Shown: one piece after another, positions 8,514 to 17,788 of the stretch
How the letters are laid out: every line of letters starts with the position of its first letter
How positions within the stretch are numbered: the stretch's first letter is position 1
DNA from: Desulfurellales bacterium
GTDB taxonomy: Bacteria; Campylobacterota_A; Desulfurellia; Desulfurellales; Hippeaceae
Direction: 5' to 3'
Assembly (NCBI GenBank): GCA_027064065.1
Contig: JAMOQJ010000012.1
Span: forward strand, 19-64,018
DNA length: 64,000 nucleotides
Notes under the pieces: generated by a model
What the model saw: only the letters and a program-made list of their open reading frames with translations
Told to the model about the DNA's origin: nothing
The model's database searches: none
Made by a program: the position numbers and the translations under genes

Positions 8514-10526
8514 ATGGGAGTAGATATTGACAAAAAAAGGGTTGTAACCGTCTGTGGCGACGGAGGTTGCGGGAAAACCACTCTTGTAGAAGATATTCTG
8601 TTTTTAACAAAAAAAATCACGAGAAAGGGTTCAACCGATAAAGGTAATACAACAATGGATTTTGATTCTGAAGAGATAGAAAGAAAAATATCGCTTCAAT
8701 TGGCAGTAGGAAATACACAGTGGAAGAAGCATTTAATCTATTTTATAGATACACCGGGATATCATAATTTTATAGCAGATGCTTTGTGTGGTATCAGGGC
8801 GGGTGATTCAGTTTTGATGGTTGTTGATGCAAAAGACGGTTCAAAAGCTCAGACAGAAAGGCTTTTTGCCGAAGCGCAAAGGGAAAAGAAACCTGTCTTA
8901 TTTTATCTTAACGGATTGGATAAGGAAGATGTTGATGTAAATGCAGCTGTTGACTCCATAAAAAACGATTTAAGTGAAAAGGCTTTTTTGTTGCATTTTC
9001 CTATAGTTGAGAATAATGAGTTTAAAGGATATGTTGATATACTTGAACAGAAAGCTTATGACTATGAAAAGGGAGAAATAGACGTTCCTTCCAATTTGAG
9101 TGATATGCTTGAAGAAAAGTATATGGAATTGGTTGAAGAAATTTCCACATACGACGATGAACTGATGGAAAAATATTTGGAAGGTGAAGAGCTTGATAAG
9201 GATGTTCTTGTTAAAACGCTAAAAATAGCCATTGAAGAAGCATCGTTTTATCCAATAACAATAGGTTCTGCTTTGAAGGGTTTGGGTAGTGAGCAACTAT
9301 TGAATTCTATCATTGATTTGCTTCCTGCTCCCAAGGAAGAGTATGATAAGGATGTAGCTTTGGTATTTAAAACCTACAATGACCCTCAATTGGGTAAGAT
9401 GAGTCTTTTAAGGGTTTGTTCTGGAACATTCTCATCCGACTCCAATTATTTTAACGTCAATAAAGACCAAGAAGAAAGACTCGGTGCTTTGCAACTGATG
9501 CAGGGTAAAAATTTGTCAAAAACTGAAGAAGCTACAGCGGGAGACATAGTAGCCGTTGCAAAACTTAAGGTAACTCAAACTGGCGATACAATATCTACTA
9601 AAGGTTCTGATATTGTTTGTGATTTTGTTGAGATGCCTTTGCCCTTTATCTCTTATGCGGTTTATGGAACATCGAAGGGAGATGAAGAAAAACTGGGTGC
9701 GGCTATCAGCAAGATGATAGAGTCTGACCCATCCTTAAAGTTTGAGAGAAACGATGAAACGAAAGAGTTTATCTTGACAGGTATGGGAGCTATGCACCTT
9801 GAAGTTACAGCGTCGAAATTGAAGAGCAAGTTTGGCGTTGAGGCTACATTAAAATTGCCTAAGGTTGCCTACAAGGAGACAATTAAAGGAAAAACACGTT
9901 CTCACGGTAGATACAAAAAACAAACAGGAGGACATGGTCAGTTTGGAGACTGTGTCATAGAAATAGAGCCACTTTCAAGAGGCGGTGGCTTTGAGTTTGA
10001 AGATTTGATTGTTGGTGGCGCTATACCGAAACAGTTTATACCTTCCGTAGAAAAAGGTATAAAAGCGGCGATGGAACAGGGCGTTGTTGCTGGATATCCT
10101 ATGATTGACATAAAGATTAAGCTTGTAGACGGTTCATACCATCCTGTTGATTCAAGCGATTTGGCGTTTCAAATGGCGGGCTCTATTGCTTTTAAAGATG
10201 GTGTTGTGAAATGCAAACCCGTTTTGCTTGAGCCTGTAGTTGAAATGGAAGTGTATGTGCCTGACGAGAATATGGGCGATGTTATAGGTGATTTGAATTC
10301 AAGAAGAGGCAGGGTTCTTGGAATGGAGCCTTACGAAGATAAGAAAGGTTATCAAAGAATAAGAGCGCTTGTTCCGCAAGCCGAAATACTTGAATATGCG
10401 CCATCGCTTAGGTCTATAACAGGCGGAAGGGCATTCTTTAAATATCATTTCTCTACATATGAAGAAGTGCCTCAACAGATAGCTGAAAAAATTATTGAAG
10501 AATCTAAACAAGAAAAAGAAGGTTAA
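8514..10526 (+). CDS. elongation factor G paralogue with non-canonical G motifs
   Basis: The five-domain EF-G layout is recognisable (GRYKKQTGGHGQFG, SYHPVDSSDLAF). G1 is GDGGCGKTT, G3 is DTPGY instead of DTPGH, and G4 is NGLD instead of NKxD. Confidence 0.85.
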   Translation: MGVDIDKKRVVTVCGDGGCGKTTLVEDILFLTKKITRKGSTDKGNTTMDFDSEEIERKISLQLAVGNTQWKKHLIYFIDTPGYHNFIADALCGIRAGDSVLMVVDAKDGSKAQTERLFAEAQREKKPVLFYLNGLDKEDVDVNAAVDSIKNDLSEKAFLLHFPIVENNEFKGYVDILEQKAYDYEKGEIDVPSNLSDMLEEKYMELVEEISTYDDELMEKYLEGEELDKDVLVKTLKIAIEEASFYPITIGSALKGLGSEQLLNSIIDLLPAPKEEYDKDVALVFKTYNDPQLGKMSLLRVCSGTFSSDSNYFNVNKDQEERLGALQLMQGKNLSKTEEATAGDIVAVAKLKVTQTGDTISTKGSDIVCDFVEMPLPFISYAVYGTSKGDEEKLGAAISKMIESDPSLKFERNDETKEFILTGMGAMHLEVTASKLKSKFGVEATLKLPKVAYKETIKGKTRSHGRYKKQTGGHGQFGDCVIEIEPLSRGGGFEFEDLIVGGAIPKQFIPSVEKGIKAAMEQGVVAGYPMIDIKIKLVDGSYHPVDSSDLAFQMAGSIAFKDGVVKCKPVLLEPVVEMEVYVPDENMGDVIGDLNSRRGRVLGMEPYEDKKGYQRIRALVPQAEILEYAPSLRSITGGRAFFKYHFSTYEEVPQQIAEKIIEESKQEKEG

Positions 10527-10532
10527 ACTTAA

Positions 10533-10561
10533 GGCGAAGCGAAAGCGCTTCGCCTTTTTTG
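10533..10561 (+). terminator. intrinsic terminator between the convergent EF-G-like and usp genes
   Basis: GGCGAAGCG-aaa-CGCTTCGCC stem followed by TTTTTTG. Confidence 0.75.
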
Positions 10562-10562
10562 C

Positions 10563-11003
10563 TTACATTTTTACTTCTAAAACAGGTTTTGACGATAGTC
10601 TCATAACCTTCTCAGTTACGCTTCCAAACATAAATCTCTCAAGTCCGCTTTTACCGTGTGCACCCATTACGATTAAATCTATGTCGTTTTTATCTGCAAA
10701 TTCCACTATCTTTCTTGCTGCATCTCCAACTTCTATTACAACTTCAGCATTACCGTTGATGTTGTAACGGTTTCTTAGATGGTCTATCTCTTTTATGGCT
10801 TCTTCCTTCATAGAATTTATGATTTGTTCTGCTGGTAGAGATGGTACATACCCTACTGCTGCATTAATGTCTGTTATACAGTGGTATATGTACAACTTTG
10901 CTTTGAATGTTTCAGACACTAATTTTGCGTATTTCATAGCATATTCGGAATTTGCGGATAAATCCGTGGGAGCCAAAATTTTTTTGATAGCTATTCCTTC
11001 CAT
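10563..11003 (-). CDS. universal stress protein family
   Basis: 146 aa with the UspA pattern (ILAPTDLS..., DLIVMGAHGKSGLERFMFGSVTEKV). Confidence 0.85.
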   Translation of the reverse strand: MEGIAIKKILAPTDLSANSEYAMKYAKLVSETFKAKLYIYHCITDINAAVGYVPSLPAEQIINSMKEEAIKEIDHLRNRYNINGNAEVVIEVGDAARKIVEFADKNDIDLIVMGAHGKSGLERFMFGSVTEKVMRLSSKPVLEVKM

Positions 11004-11013
11004 TACACCCTCC

Positions 11014-12027
11014 TTAATTATCTTTTTCTATAAGTTTTTCAGCTATTTGAACGGCGTTTAGGGCTGCTCCTTTTCTGATTTGGTCTCCAACAATCCAGAA
11101 CGATAGCCAATTTTTGCCGTTCAAATCTTCCCTTATCCTTCCAACTTCACAATCGTCTTTTCCGCTAACAAACAAAGGCATTGGGTAAACACTATTTTCT
11201 ATATCGTCAACAACCTTTACGCCAGGGAAATTGTCTATTAATTCTTTAGCCTTTTCTTTTGTTATTTCGTTTTCAAGTTCTACCGTTACGGCTTCGGAAT
11301 GAGCTCTAAATACCGGTAGTCTTACACATGTTGCCGAAACCAAAATGTCTTTATCATGCAGCATTTTTCTTGTTTCGTTAACCATTTTCATTTCTTCTTT
11401 TGTGTAATCGTTATCTAAAAAAATATCAACCTGCGGAATAACATTAAAAATTAATTGATACGGGAATTTTTCTATTGGTAATTTTTCATTTTTTGCCCAC
11501 GCTATAGCCTGCATTTTAAGCTCTTCCATGGCTTGAGCACCTGCTCCCGATGCTGCTTGGTATGTTGAAACTATTATTCTTTTTACCCTTGAATAGTCGT
11601 ATAAAGGCTTTATTGCCATAAGCATAATAATTGTTGTGCAGTTTGGATTTGCTATTATTCCTTTATGCGTGAATATATCATCAGGATTTACTTCAGGAAC
11701 CACCAACGGAACATCATCATCCATTCTAAAAGCAGAACTGTTATCTATTACAACCGCACCTGCTTCAACGGCATATGGAGCAAACTCTCTGCTTCTTGAT
11801 GCTCCAGCTGAGAATAGCGCTATATCAACGTTTTTAAATGCGTCTTTTGTTGTTTCTTCAACAGTATATTCTTTATCTTTAAACTTTATTTTTTTGCCTT
11901 TTGAGCGTTTGGATGCTAAAAGTTTTAACTCTTTGATTGGAAAATTTCTTTCGTCCAAAATTTTTAACATTTCTTCGCCTACGGCGCCTGTTGCACCAAC
12001 TACTGCAACATTGTACAATTTAGCCAC
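11014..12027 (-). CDS. asd: aspartate-semialdehyde dehydrogenase
   Basis: VGATGAVG, DNSSAFR, ANPNCTT (Cys nucleophile), STYQAASGAG, CVRLPVFRAHS and KGAALNAVQIAE motifs. Confidence 0.9.
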   Translation of the reverse strand: MAKLYNVAVVGATGAVGEEMLKILDERNFPIKELKLLASKRSKGKKIKFKDKEYTVEETTKDAFKNVDIALFSAGASRSREFAPYAVEAGAVVIDNSSAFRMDDDVPLVVPEVNPDDIFTHKGIIANPNCTTIIMLMAIKPLYDYSRVKRIIVSTYQAASGAGAQAMEELKMQAIAWAKNEKLPIEKFPYQLIFNVIPQVDIFLDNDYTKEEMKMVNETRKMLHDKDILVSATCVRLPVFRAHSEAVTVELENEITKEKAKELIDNFPGVKVVDDIENSVYPMPLFVSGKDDCEVGRIREDLNGKNWLSFWIVGDQIRKGAALNAVQIAEKLIEKDN

Positions 12028-12037
12028 CTTCTACCTC

Positions 12038-13057
12038 CTACAAATATTCTTTAATCAAAATTTCGGCTATCTGAACGGCATTTAACGCTGAACCCTTTCT
12101 TAGATTGTCTGCCGCCAAGTGGATACTTAAACCGTTTTGTGTAGAAAAATCTTTTCTTATGCCACCCACAAACACCTCATTTTTGTCTACAACATCAGTT
12201 GCGGTAGGATACCCTATTTCTTTTCGATTATCAATAATTTTACATCCGTTGGAGTTTTTTAGCAATGTTTTTATATCTTTTATTTCAAACGGCTTATCCG
12301 TTTCAATATTTATATATTCTGTATGACCTCTAAATATTGGAGCTATAAAGCAAGTTGCCGTTATTGCTATGTTTGAATGAAGAATTTTATTTATTTCGCT
12401 TATAAATCTTTCTTCTTCTTCAGAATATCCGTTTTTATTTATATTGAATGTGTTGGGTATGCAATTAAATGCTATCTTTTTATTAAATACCTTAGGTTTA
12501 ATATTATCATAATCAAACTCAAACCAAGCCTTTGTCTGCATCATCAACTCTTCACTTGCTTCAATACCAAACTCGCTAACGGATTGGTGTATAGAAGCTA
12601 TAATTCTTTTAATTTTGTATTTATTATGTATAGCATTCAGGACTAAAGAAGCAACGGTTGCTGAGCAGCTTGGTGTAGCTATGATTCCTTTATTTTTATA
12701 AAAGTCTATATCGTCTTTATTGATTTCTGGCACAACCATAGGTATTTCTTTTTCATCTTTAAAGGCTCCTGTAATATCTATAACCACACTGCCGCTTTCT
12801 GTGGCTAAGTTTACAAACTCTTTACTAATCTCTTTTGTTGCACAAAAAAAGGCTATATCAATATTTTTGAATGAATTTTTATCGATAAGGTCTGTAAATG
12901 TTTCTTTGTTTTTATATGACAAACTGTAACCTATGGAATTGTCGCCCGCTATAAATTTTAGATTTTTGACAGGCAGTTCTCTTTCTTCCAAAACTGACAC
13001 TATCTCCCTTCCGACAACTCCAGTTGCACCTACTATGGCTATATTGTATTCTTTCAA
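12038..13057 (-). CDS. asd-family paralogue of uncertain substrate
   Basis: Collinear with asd. It keeps the Cys (ATPSCSAT), His (FRGHT) and KGSALNAVQIAE. DITGAFK replaces DNSSAFR, CFIAPI replaces CVRLPV, and SIHQSVSEFG replaces STYQAASGAG. Confidence 0.8.
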   Translation of the reverse strand: MKEYNIAIVGATGVVGREIVSVLEERELPVKNLKFIAGDNSIGYSLSYKNKETFTDLIDKNSFKNIDIAFFCATKEISKEFVNLATESGSVVIDITGAFKDEKEIPMVVPEINKDDIDFYKNKGIIATPSCSATVASLVLNAIHNKYKIKRIIASIHQSVSEFGIEASEELMMQTKAWFEFDYDNIKPKVFNKKIAFNCIPNTFNINKNGYSEEEERFISEINKILHSNIAITATCFIAPIFRGHTEYINIETDKPFEIKDIKTLLKNSNGCKIIDNRKEIGYPTATDVVDKNEVFVGGIRKDFSTQNGLSIHLAADNLRKGSALNAVQIAEILIKEYL

Positions 13058-13107
13058 GATACCCTCCTAATAAAATAATAGTGCTTAAATGAATTTTTTT
13101 CGAGTTT

Positions 13108-13671
13108 TTAAGGTTTTTTGTTGTTGAAACTATTCATGGCTTTTGCAAGACCATATTCCAATATTGTTAAGGCTGCCTCTTTTGCATTTTCTATGGCAAT
13201 CCTTATTATTTTTAATTCTTCAGTATTGAATTGTGATAGTACATACTCTTTTGGGTTTCCTTCTCTTCCTACGCCTATCTTTATTCTTACAAAGTTTTTG
13301 CTGCCCAAAGAGTTTATTATCGATTCTATACCCTTGTGCCCGCCACTTGATGAGTCCTTTTTTATCTTTATTTTACCAAAATCCATATCTATATCGTCGT
13401 GTATTACGATAATTTTGTCTAACTCTATTTGATAAAAGCTGGAAACTAAAGCTACGCTCTCTCCGCTTAGGTTCATATATGTGGTGGGTTTTAATACTAT
13501 AACTTTTTTATCTTGAAGTGAAAATTTGCCTATAAGACCTTTGAATTTTGTTGATTGGTTAAAATTAAAATTAAAAGAAAAGGACAGTAGGTCGCAAACC
13601 ATAAACCCCACATTATGTGGAGTTAATGCATACCTACTGCCCGGATTGCCTAATCCGACAATTAAATACAT
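13108..13671 (-). CDS. pth: peptidyl-tRNA hydrolase
   Basis: LIVGLGNPGSRYALTPHNVGF N-terminus. 187 aa. Confidence 0.92.
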   Translation of the reverse strand: MYLIVGLGNPGSRYALTPHNVGFMVCDLLSFSFNFNFNQSTKFKGLIGKFSLQDKKVIVLKPTTYMNLSGESVALVSSFYQIELDKIIVIHDDIDMDFGKIKIKKDSSSGGHKGIESIINSLGSKNFVRIKIGVGREGNPKEYVLSQFNTEELKIIRIAIENAKEAALTILEYGLAKAMNSFNNKKP

Positions 13672-13677
13672 TTATTG

Positions 13678-14277
13678 TTATTCTTGAGTTTCTTCCATCT
13701 CTTCTGTTTCTTCTTCTTCGGTTTCCTCTTCTTCTTTTGTTCTACCCAAGATAGCTACTACGGTGAAGTTTTTGGTTGACTTAACCTTTACACCTTCTGG
13801 TATATCCAGGTCAAATACATGAACAACGTCTCCAATATTCAAATCGGTAACGTCTACAACTATTTCGTTTGGGATAGCTTCAGGCAAAGCTTCTATCATG
13901 ATTTTTTTTCTTGGCTGATATAAATCTCCACCAAGCTTAACACCCTTTGCTTCGCCCTTTATTACTACAGGAACAAACAGTGTTACAGGTCGTCCTTCAG
14001 TAAGTTTATAAAAATCGATATGTCTTATTTCTTCTGTTACTGGATGCCATTGTATCTCTTTTACTATAACTTCATGCTTGTCTTTGCCTTCTATCTCTAT
14101 CTCAAATTTATCGTTTCTTCTGCTTTTTCTCAAAGCAGCCAAAAGTTCAGACTTATCAAGTTCGATATGTTTGTTTTCAGTGTTTGCTCCATATATTACG
14201 CCAGGCACTCTTCCTTGCCTTCTAAGTTTTCTTGAGGCTTTTGTTCCAAGCTCTCTTTCTTTTGCGGTAATAATCAT
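13678..14277 (-). CDS. rplY: 50S ribosomal protein L25 / general stress protein Ctc
   Basis: L25/Ctc two-domain pattern with an acidic tail. Position between prs and pth is conserved. Confidence 0.85.
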   Translation of the reverse strand: MIITAKERELGTKASRKLRRQGRVPGVIYGANTENKHIELDKSELLAALRKSRRNDKFEIEIEGKDKHEVIVKEIQWHPVTEEIRHIDFYKLTEGRPVTLFVPVVIKGEAKGVKLGGDLYQPRKKIMIEALPEAIPNEIVVDVTDLNIGDVVHVFDLDIPEGVKVKSTKNFTVVAILGRTKEEEETEEEETEEMEETQE

Positions 14278-14301
14278 CTTGCATCAACTCCCTTACTTTA
14301 T

Positions 14302-15237
14302 TTATTCAAAAATAGCGCTTAATGACTCTTTGTGGTAAACCCTTCTTATGGCTTCACCTATAAGTTTACCGACGGATAAAACCTTTATTTTAGTTGTGGG
14401 TGTTTTGGTAGAAAACTTTATAGTATTAGTAACGGCAAGTTCTATTATAGGCGAATTATTGATTTTATCTATTGCGTTTCCGCTGAGTATGGGATGTGTG
14501 CAGCATGCATAAACACCGTCTGCACCTTCACTATCCAAAGCTTTTGCAGCATTAGTTAAAGTTCCTGCTGTGTCTACTATATCGTCTATTATTATTGCCG
14601 TTTTGCCTTTTATTTCGCCTATGATATTCATTATCTCACTTACATTGGGTTTAGGCCTTCTTTTATCTATAATGGCTATTGAACAACCAAGTTTTTTTGC
14701 ATAGTATCTTGCTCTTTCTACACCTCCGGCGTCCGGGGATACGATAACCAATTCTTTTGCTTTGATATTTCTTATATAATCCAATAGTATTGGTGCTGCA
14801 TATAAATGGTCAACGGGTATATCGAAAAAGCCTTGAATTTGGCCGGCGTGCAAATCCATAGATATAATTCTACTTGCTCCGGCAGCAGTAATTAAATCGG
14901 CAACCAATTTTGCAGAAATTGGAACCCTGGGAGCAACCTTTCTGTCTTGTCTTGCGTAGGCGTAATATGGTACGACAATATTTATTGAATTTGCGCTTGA
15001 TCTTTTTAGGGCATCGAGTGTTACAAGCAGTTCCATTAGATTGTCGTTTACTGGAGATGAAAGGGATTGTATTAAGAAAACATCTACCCCTCTTACGCTT
15101 TCGTCAATTTGAACGTAAACTTCTCCGTCGCTAAATCTTGATATTTGCGATTTAGCCAAAGGTATTCCTAAATATTCGCTAACTTCATTAGCCAATTCTA
15201 TATTTGCTGTTCCACTAATTAATTTAAGGTCAATCAT
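14302..15237 (-). CDS. prs: ribose-phosphate pyrophosphokinase
   Basis: DLHAGQIQGFF and IIDDIVDTAGT motifs. The ORF is open to 15258, but that ATG has no SD and abuts tRNA-Gln. ATG 15237 (MIDLKLISG) follows AAGAGAG. Confidence 0.88.
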   Translation of the reverse strand: MIDLKLISGTANIELANEVSEYLGIPLAKSQISRFSDGEVYVQIDESVRGVDVFLIQSLSSPVNDNLMELLVTLDALKRSSANSINIVVPYYAYARQDRKVAPRVPISAKLVADLITAAGASRIISMDLHAGQIQGFFDIPVDHLYAAPILLDYIRNIKAKELVIVSPDAGGVERARYYAKKLGCSIAIIDKRRPKPNVSEIMNIIGEIKGKTAIIIDDIVDTAGTLTNAAKALDSEGADGVYACCTHPILSGNAIDKINNSPIIELAVTNTIKFSTKTPTTKIKVLSVGKLIGEAIRRVYHKESLSAIFE

Positions 15238-15266
15238 TACACTCTCTTTTTGCACCATAAATAAAA

Positions 15267-15340
15267 TGGCTGGGGTAGGTGGATTCGAACCACCGATCGA
15301 GGATCCAAAGTCCTCTGCCTTACCGCTTGGCTATACCCCA
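15267..15340 (-). tRNA. tRNA-Gln (anticodon UUG), CCA encoded
   Basis: Reverse complement is TGGGGTATAGCCAAGCGGTAAGGCAGAGGACTTTGGATCCTCGATCGGTGGTTCGAATCCACCTACCCCAGCCA. It folds as a cloverleaf with anticodon loop CUUUGGA. Confidence 0.9.
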
Positions 15341-15344
15341 ACAT

Positions 15345-15372
15345 GAAAAACGGCTGCAGTTGCTCGCAGCCG
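15345..15372 (-). terminator. intrinsic terminator after spoVG
   Basis: Minus strand reads CGGCTGC-gagcaact-GCAGCCG followed by TTTTTC. Confidence 0.65.
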
Positions 15373-15381
15373 AATTATTAA

Positions 15382-15663
15382 TTAATTTTCTTCTTCCTGT
15401 TTTTCTTCTGACATTACCTTGTCGTATTCACCTAAAACAGCAGTCTCAAGTTTTTGTCTCATTTCGTTATTTAAAGGATGCGCAACATCCTTAAAACTTC
15501 CGTCTTTCATTTTTCTTGACGGCATAGCAACAAATAAGCCTTTTTGACCACTAATGATTTTCAAATCCCTTACAACAAATTCGTTATCAAAGATTACCGT
15601 GGCGAAACCTTTTAACTTCTCATCACCTTCGATAGGACTAACTCTTACCTCTGTAATTTCCAT
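15382..15663 (-). CDS. spoVG: SpoVG family protein
   Basis: MEITEVRV...KLKGFATVIFDNEFVVRDLKII...GLFVAMPSRK is the SpoVG signature. Confidence 0.9.
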   Translation of the reverse strand: MEITEVRVSPIEGDEKLKGFATVIFDNEFVVRDLKIISGQKGLFVAMPSRKMKDGSFKDVAHPLNNEMRQKLETAVLGEYDKVMSEEKQEEEN

Positions 15664-15668
15664 AAAGC

Positions 15669-16541
15669 TTACCTTCCTTCATCTGCGAAATTTACTGTTT
15701 TACAAAAAATGCCTTCAGAAACCAACAACTCCTCAATACCTTCCTCTGCTTTCACCTCCGGATTAGTAATTGAAAACATGCTTGCACCACTACCGGATAG
15801 TAGCGCGTTGCCAAAATATTTAACCAAAACAGACTTTAAACTTTTAAGCTCTTTAAATCTGCTCAATGCCACCTCTTCCAAATCGTTGCAAAGGTGTTGT
15901 TTGATTTTTTCAAGTTCACACCTTCCGCCACTGATAACAAATGGCATTTTATTGATAGGCTTGCCTGTTGTCAACAATAATTTTGAATATTGAGAATATA
16001 TGTAGGCTGTACTGATATTTATTCTTGGAATTGCCAAGAAAATTTGATGATTTGTCGTATTGCAGTCAATCTCTTGAAGAATCTCTCCTTTGCCTTTTGC
16101 TATGGCAGACGGTTTTTTGCATAGAAAAAAAGGAACATCACTTCCTATTAAACATGATATGTCGTAAATTTCTTTTTCAGATAGTGGAAATTCAAACAAT
16201 TTATTTAACGTTAGAAGCGTATATGCAGCATTGGAGCTACCACCGCCAAGGCCACCACCCATGGGTATATTCTTTTCTATCTCGATTTTTACTTGAGGTT
16301 TTATCTTTGCCTTATCAAAGAACAGTGAAGCTGCCTTATAGGCTAAATTGTCTTGATTGTTTAATTCTTTAATATTTGTTTTTATGTCTATGGAATATTT
16401 AGATGTTTTGTTTATCTCTATATAATCAAAGAAATCAATCTTGTGCATCAATGTATAGAGTTCGTGATATCCATCATCTCTTTTTCCAAGGACGTATAAA
16501 AAAAGATTAACCTTTGCGTATGATTTGCAAATCAATGCCAA
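15669..16541 (-). CDS. ispE: 4-diphosphocytidyl-2-C-methyl-D-erythritol kinase
   Basis: GHMP kinase motif PMGGGLGGGSSNAA, KVNLFL N-terminus. Confidence 0.88.
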   Translation of the reverse strand: MALICKSYAKVNLFLYVLGKRDDGYHELYTLMHKIDFFDYIEINKTSKYSIDIKTNIKELNNQDNLAYKAASLFFDKAKIKPQVKIEIEKNIPMGGGLGGGSSNAAYTLLTLNKLFEFPLSEKEIYDISCLIGSDVPFFLCKKPSAIAKGKGEILQEIDCNTTNHQIFLAIPRINISTAYIYSQYSKLLLTTGKPINKMPFVISGGRCELEKIKQHLCNDLEEVALSRFKELKSLKSVLVKYFGNALLSGSGASMFSITNPEVKAEEGIEELLVSEGIFCKTVNFADEGR

Positions 16542-17788
16542 GCCCCCAATTTTTTTGCCATATCTTTTACCTTAAATTTTATCTCTTCTTCGTCTATATT
16601 TACAAACTTTCTGTCTTTTAAAATTATTTTTCCGTCTACTATAACGGTAGATACATCCCTTGAATTTGCGGCATAGGCTAAATAGGAATAAGGGTCATAC
16701 ATCGGTGTAGCTTCGAAAGAATCCAATTTTATTATTGTTATATCGGCAGAAAACCCTTCCTTCAACTTACCGGAATCTTCAAATAGAGATTTTGTGCCCA
16801 TGTTAAATGTATCTTTTGCGTTTAATGCCGTTTCATCCATGGATATTATCTTTTGTATTAGGCTCATAGTTCTTAACTCTTCAATAATATCTAAGTTGTT
16901 GTTGCTTGCCGAGCCGTCGGTTCCTATTAATACTTCTATGTCGTTTTTAAGTATTTTGTATATCGGTGCTATGCCACTTGCTAACTTAAGGTTGCTTTGA
17001 GGGACATTTATGACCTTAGCATTTCTTTTTTTTGTTAATTCTATATCGTTGTCGTTGTGGGCTACGCAGTGAGCAAGGTAGGTTTTGTCGGTTAAAAGAC
17101 CTAATTCATCAAGTAATGCTATAGGGCGTTTTCCTTTATCCTTCAATGCCATGTCGACTTCACCTGTAGTTTCATTGGCGTGTATTTGAATAATGGAGCC
17201 TTGAGCTTTGTCGGATATTTTTTTTAGGCTATCTTTGGACAATGTGTAGGTTGAATGCGGGGCAAAACTGACTTTTATCTTTTCGCTTTCAAATTCTCTT
17301 TTTAACGATTCAGTTTTCGATAAAGCATCGTCTACACTTTTACAGCTTGGCGTTTCAAAATCCACAATTCCTTCGCCAATTATACCCTTTATACCTATCT
17401 CAAGCGCAGCTTTTGCCACTTCTTCTTCAAAGAAATACATATCCATAAAACAGCCAACGCCACCGCGAATCATCTCAAGCATAGAGAGTTTTGAGCATAT
17501 ATAGACCATCTCTTTGTTTACATATTTTGCCTCGTTAGGGAAGATATGGTTATTTAACCAGTCCATCAAAGCCAAGTCGTCTGCCATTCCTCTAAACAGA
17601 CTCATCGCAAGATGCGTATGGGCGTTGCAAAAAGACGGTAAAACTATACAGTTTGAAGCATCTATAATTTCATCTGCTTGTTTATTTATGTCTTTTTCTA
17701 TCTTTTTAATTTTTCCGTTTTCTATAAAGATATCGCATATTTCGTCTTTTTCTTTTAGGCAGTATCCGTTTTTGATTAAGATGCTCAT
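16532..17788 (-). CDS. mtaD: amidohydrolase, 5'-methylthioadenosine/S-adenosylhomocysteine deaminase-like
   Basis: NAHTHLAMSLFRGMADDLALMDWL metal-binding region is typical of MtaD/DadD-type deaminases. 418 aa. Confidence 0.7.
   Translation of the reverse strand: MSILIKNGYCLKEKDEICDIFIENGKIKKIEKDINKQADEIIDASNCIVLPSFCNAHTHLAMSLFRGMADDLALMDWLNNHIFPNEAKYVNKEMVYICSKLSMLEMIRGGVGCFMDMYFFEEEVAKAALEIGIKGIIGEGIVDFETPSCKSVDDALSKTESLKREFESEKIKVSFAPHSTYTLSKDSLKKISDKAQGSIIQIHANETTGEVDMALKDKGKRPIALLDELGLLTDKTYLAHCVAHNDNDIELTKKRNAKVINVPQSNLKLASGIAPIYKILKNDIEVLIGTDGSASNNNLDIIEELRTMSLIQKIISMDETALNAKDTFNMGTKSLFEDSGKLKEGFSADITIIKLDSFEATPMYDPYSYLAYAANSRDVSTVIVDGKIILKDRKFVNIDEEEIKFKVKDMAKKLGAWH

Noticed and set aside
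15279-15494. 71-aa plus-strand ORF covering tRNA-Gln and the spoVG terminator.
   Set aside because: It is built from the tRNA antisense sequence and intergenic DNA. It has no SD and overlaps a well-supported tRNA and spoVG.
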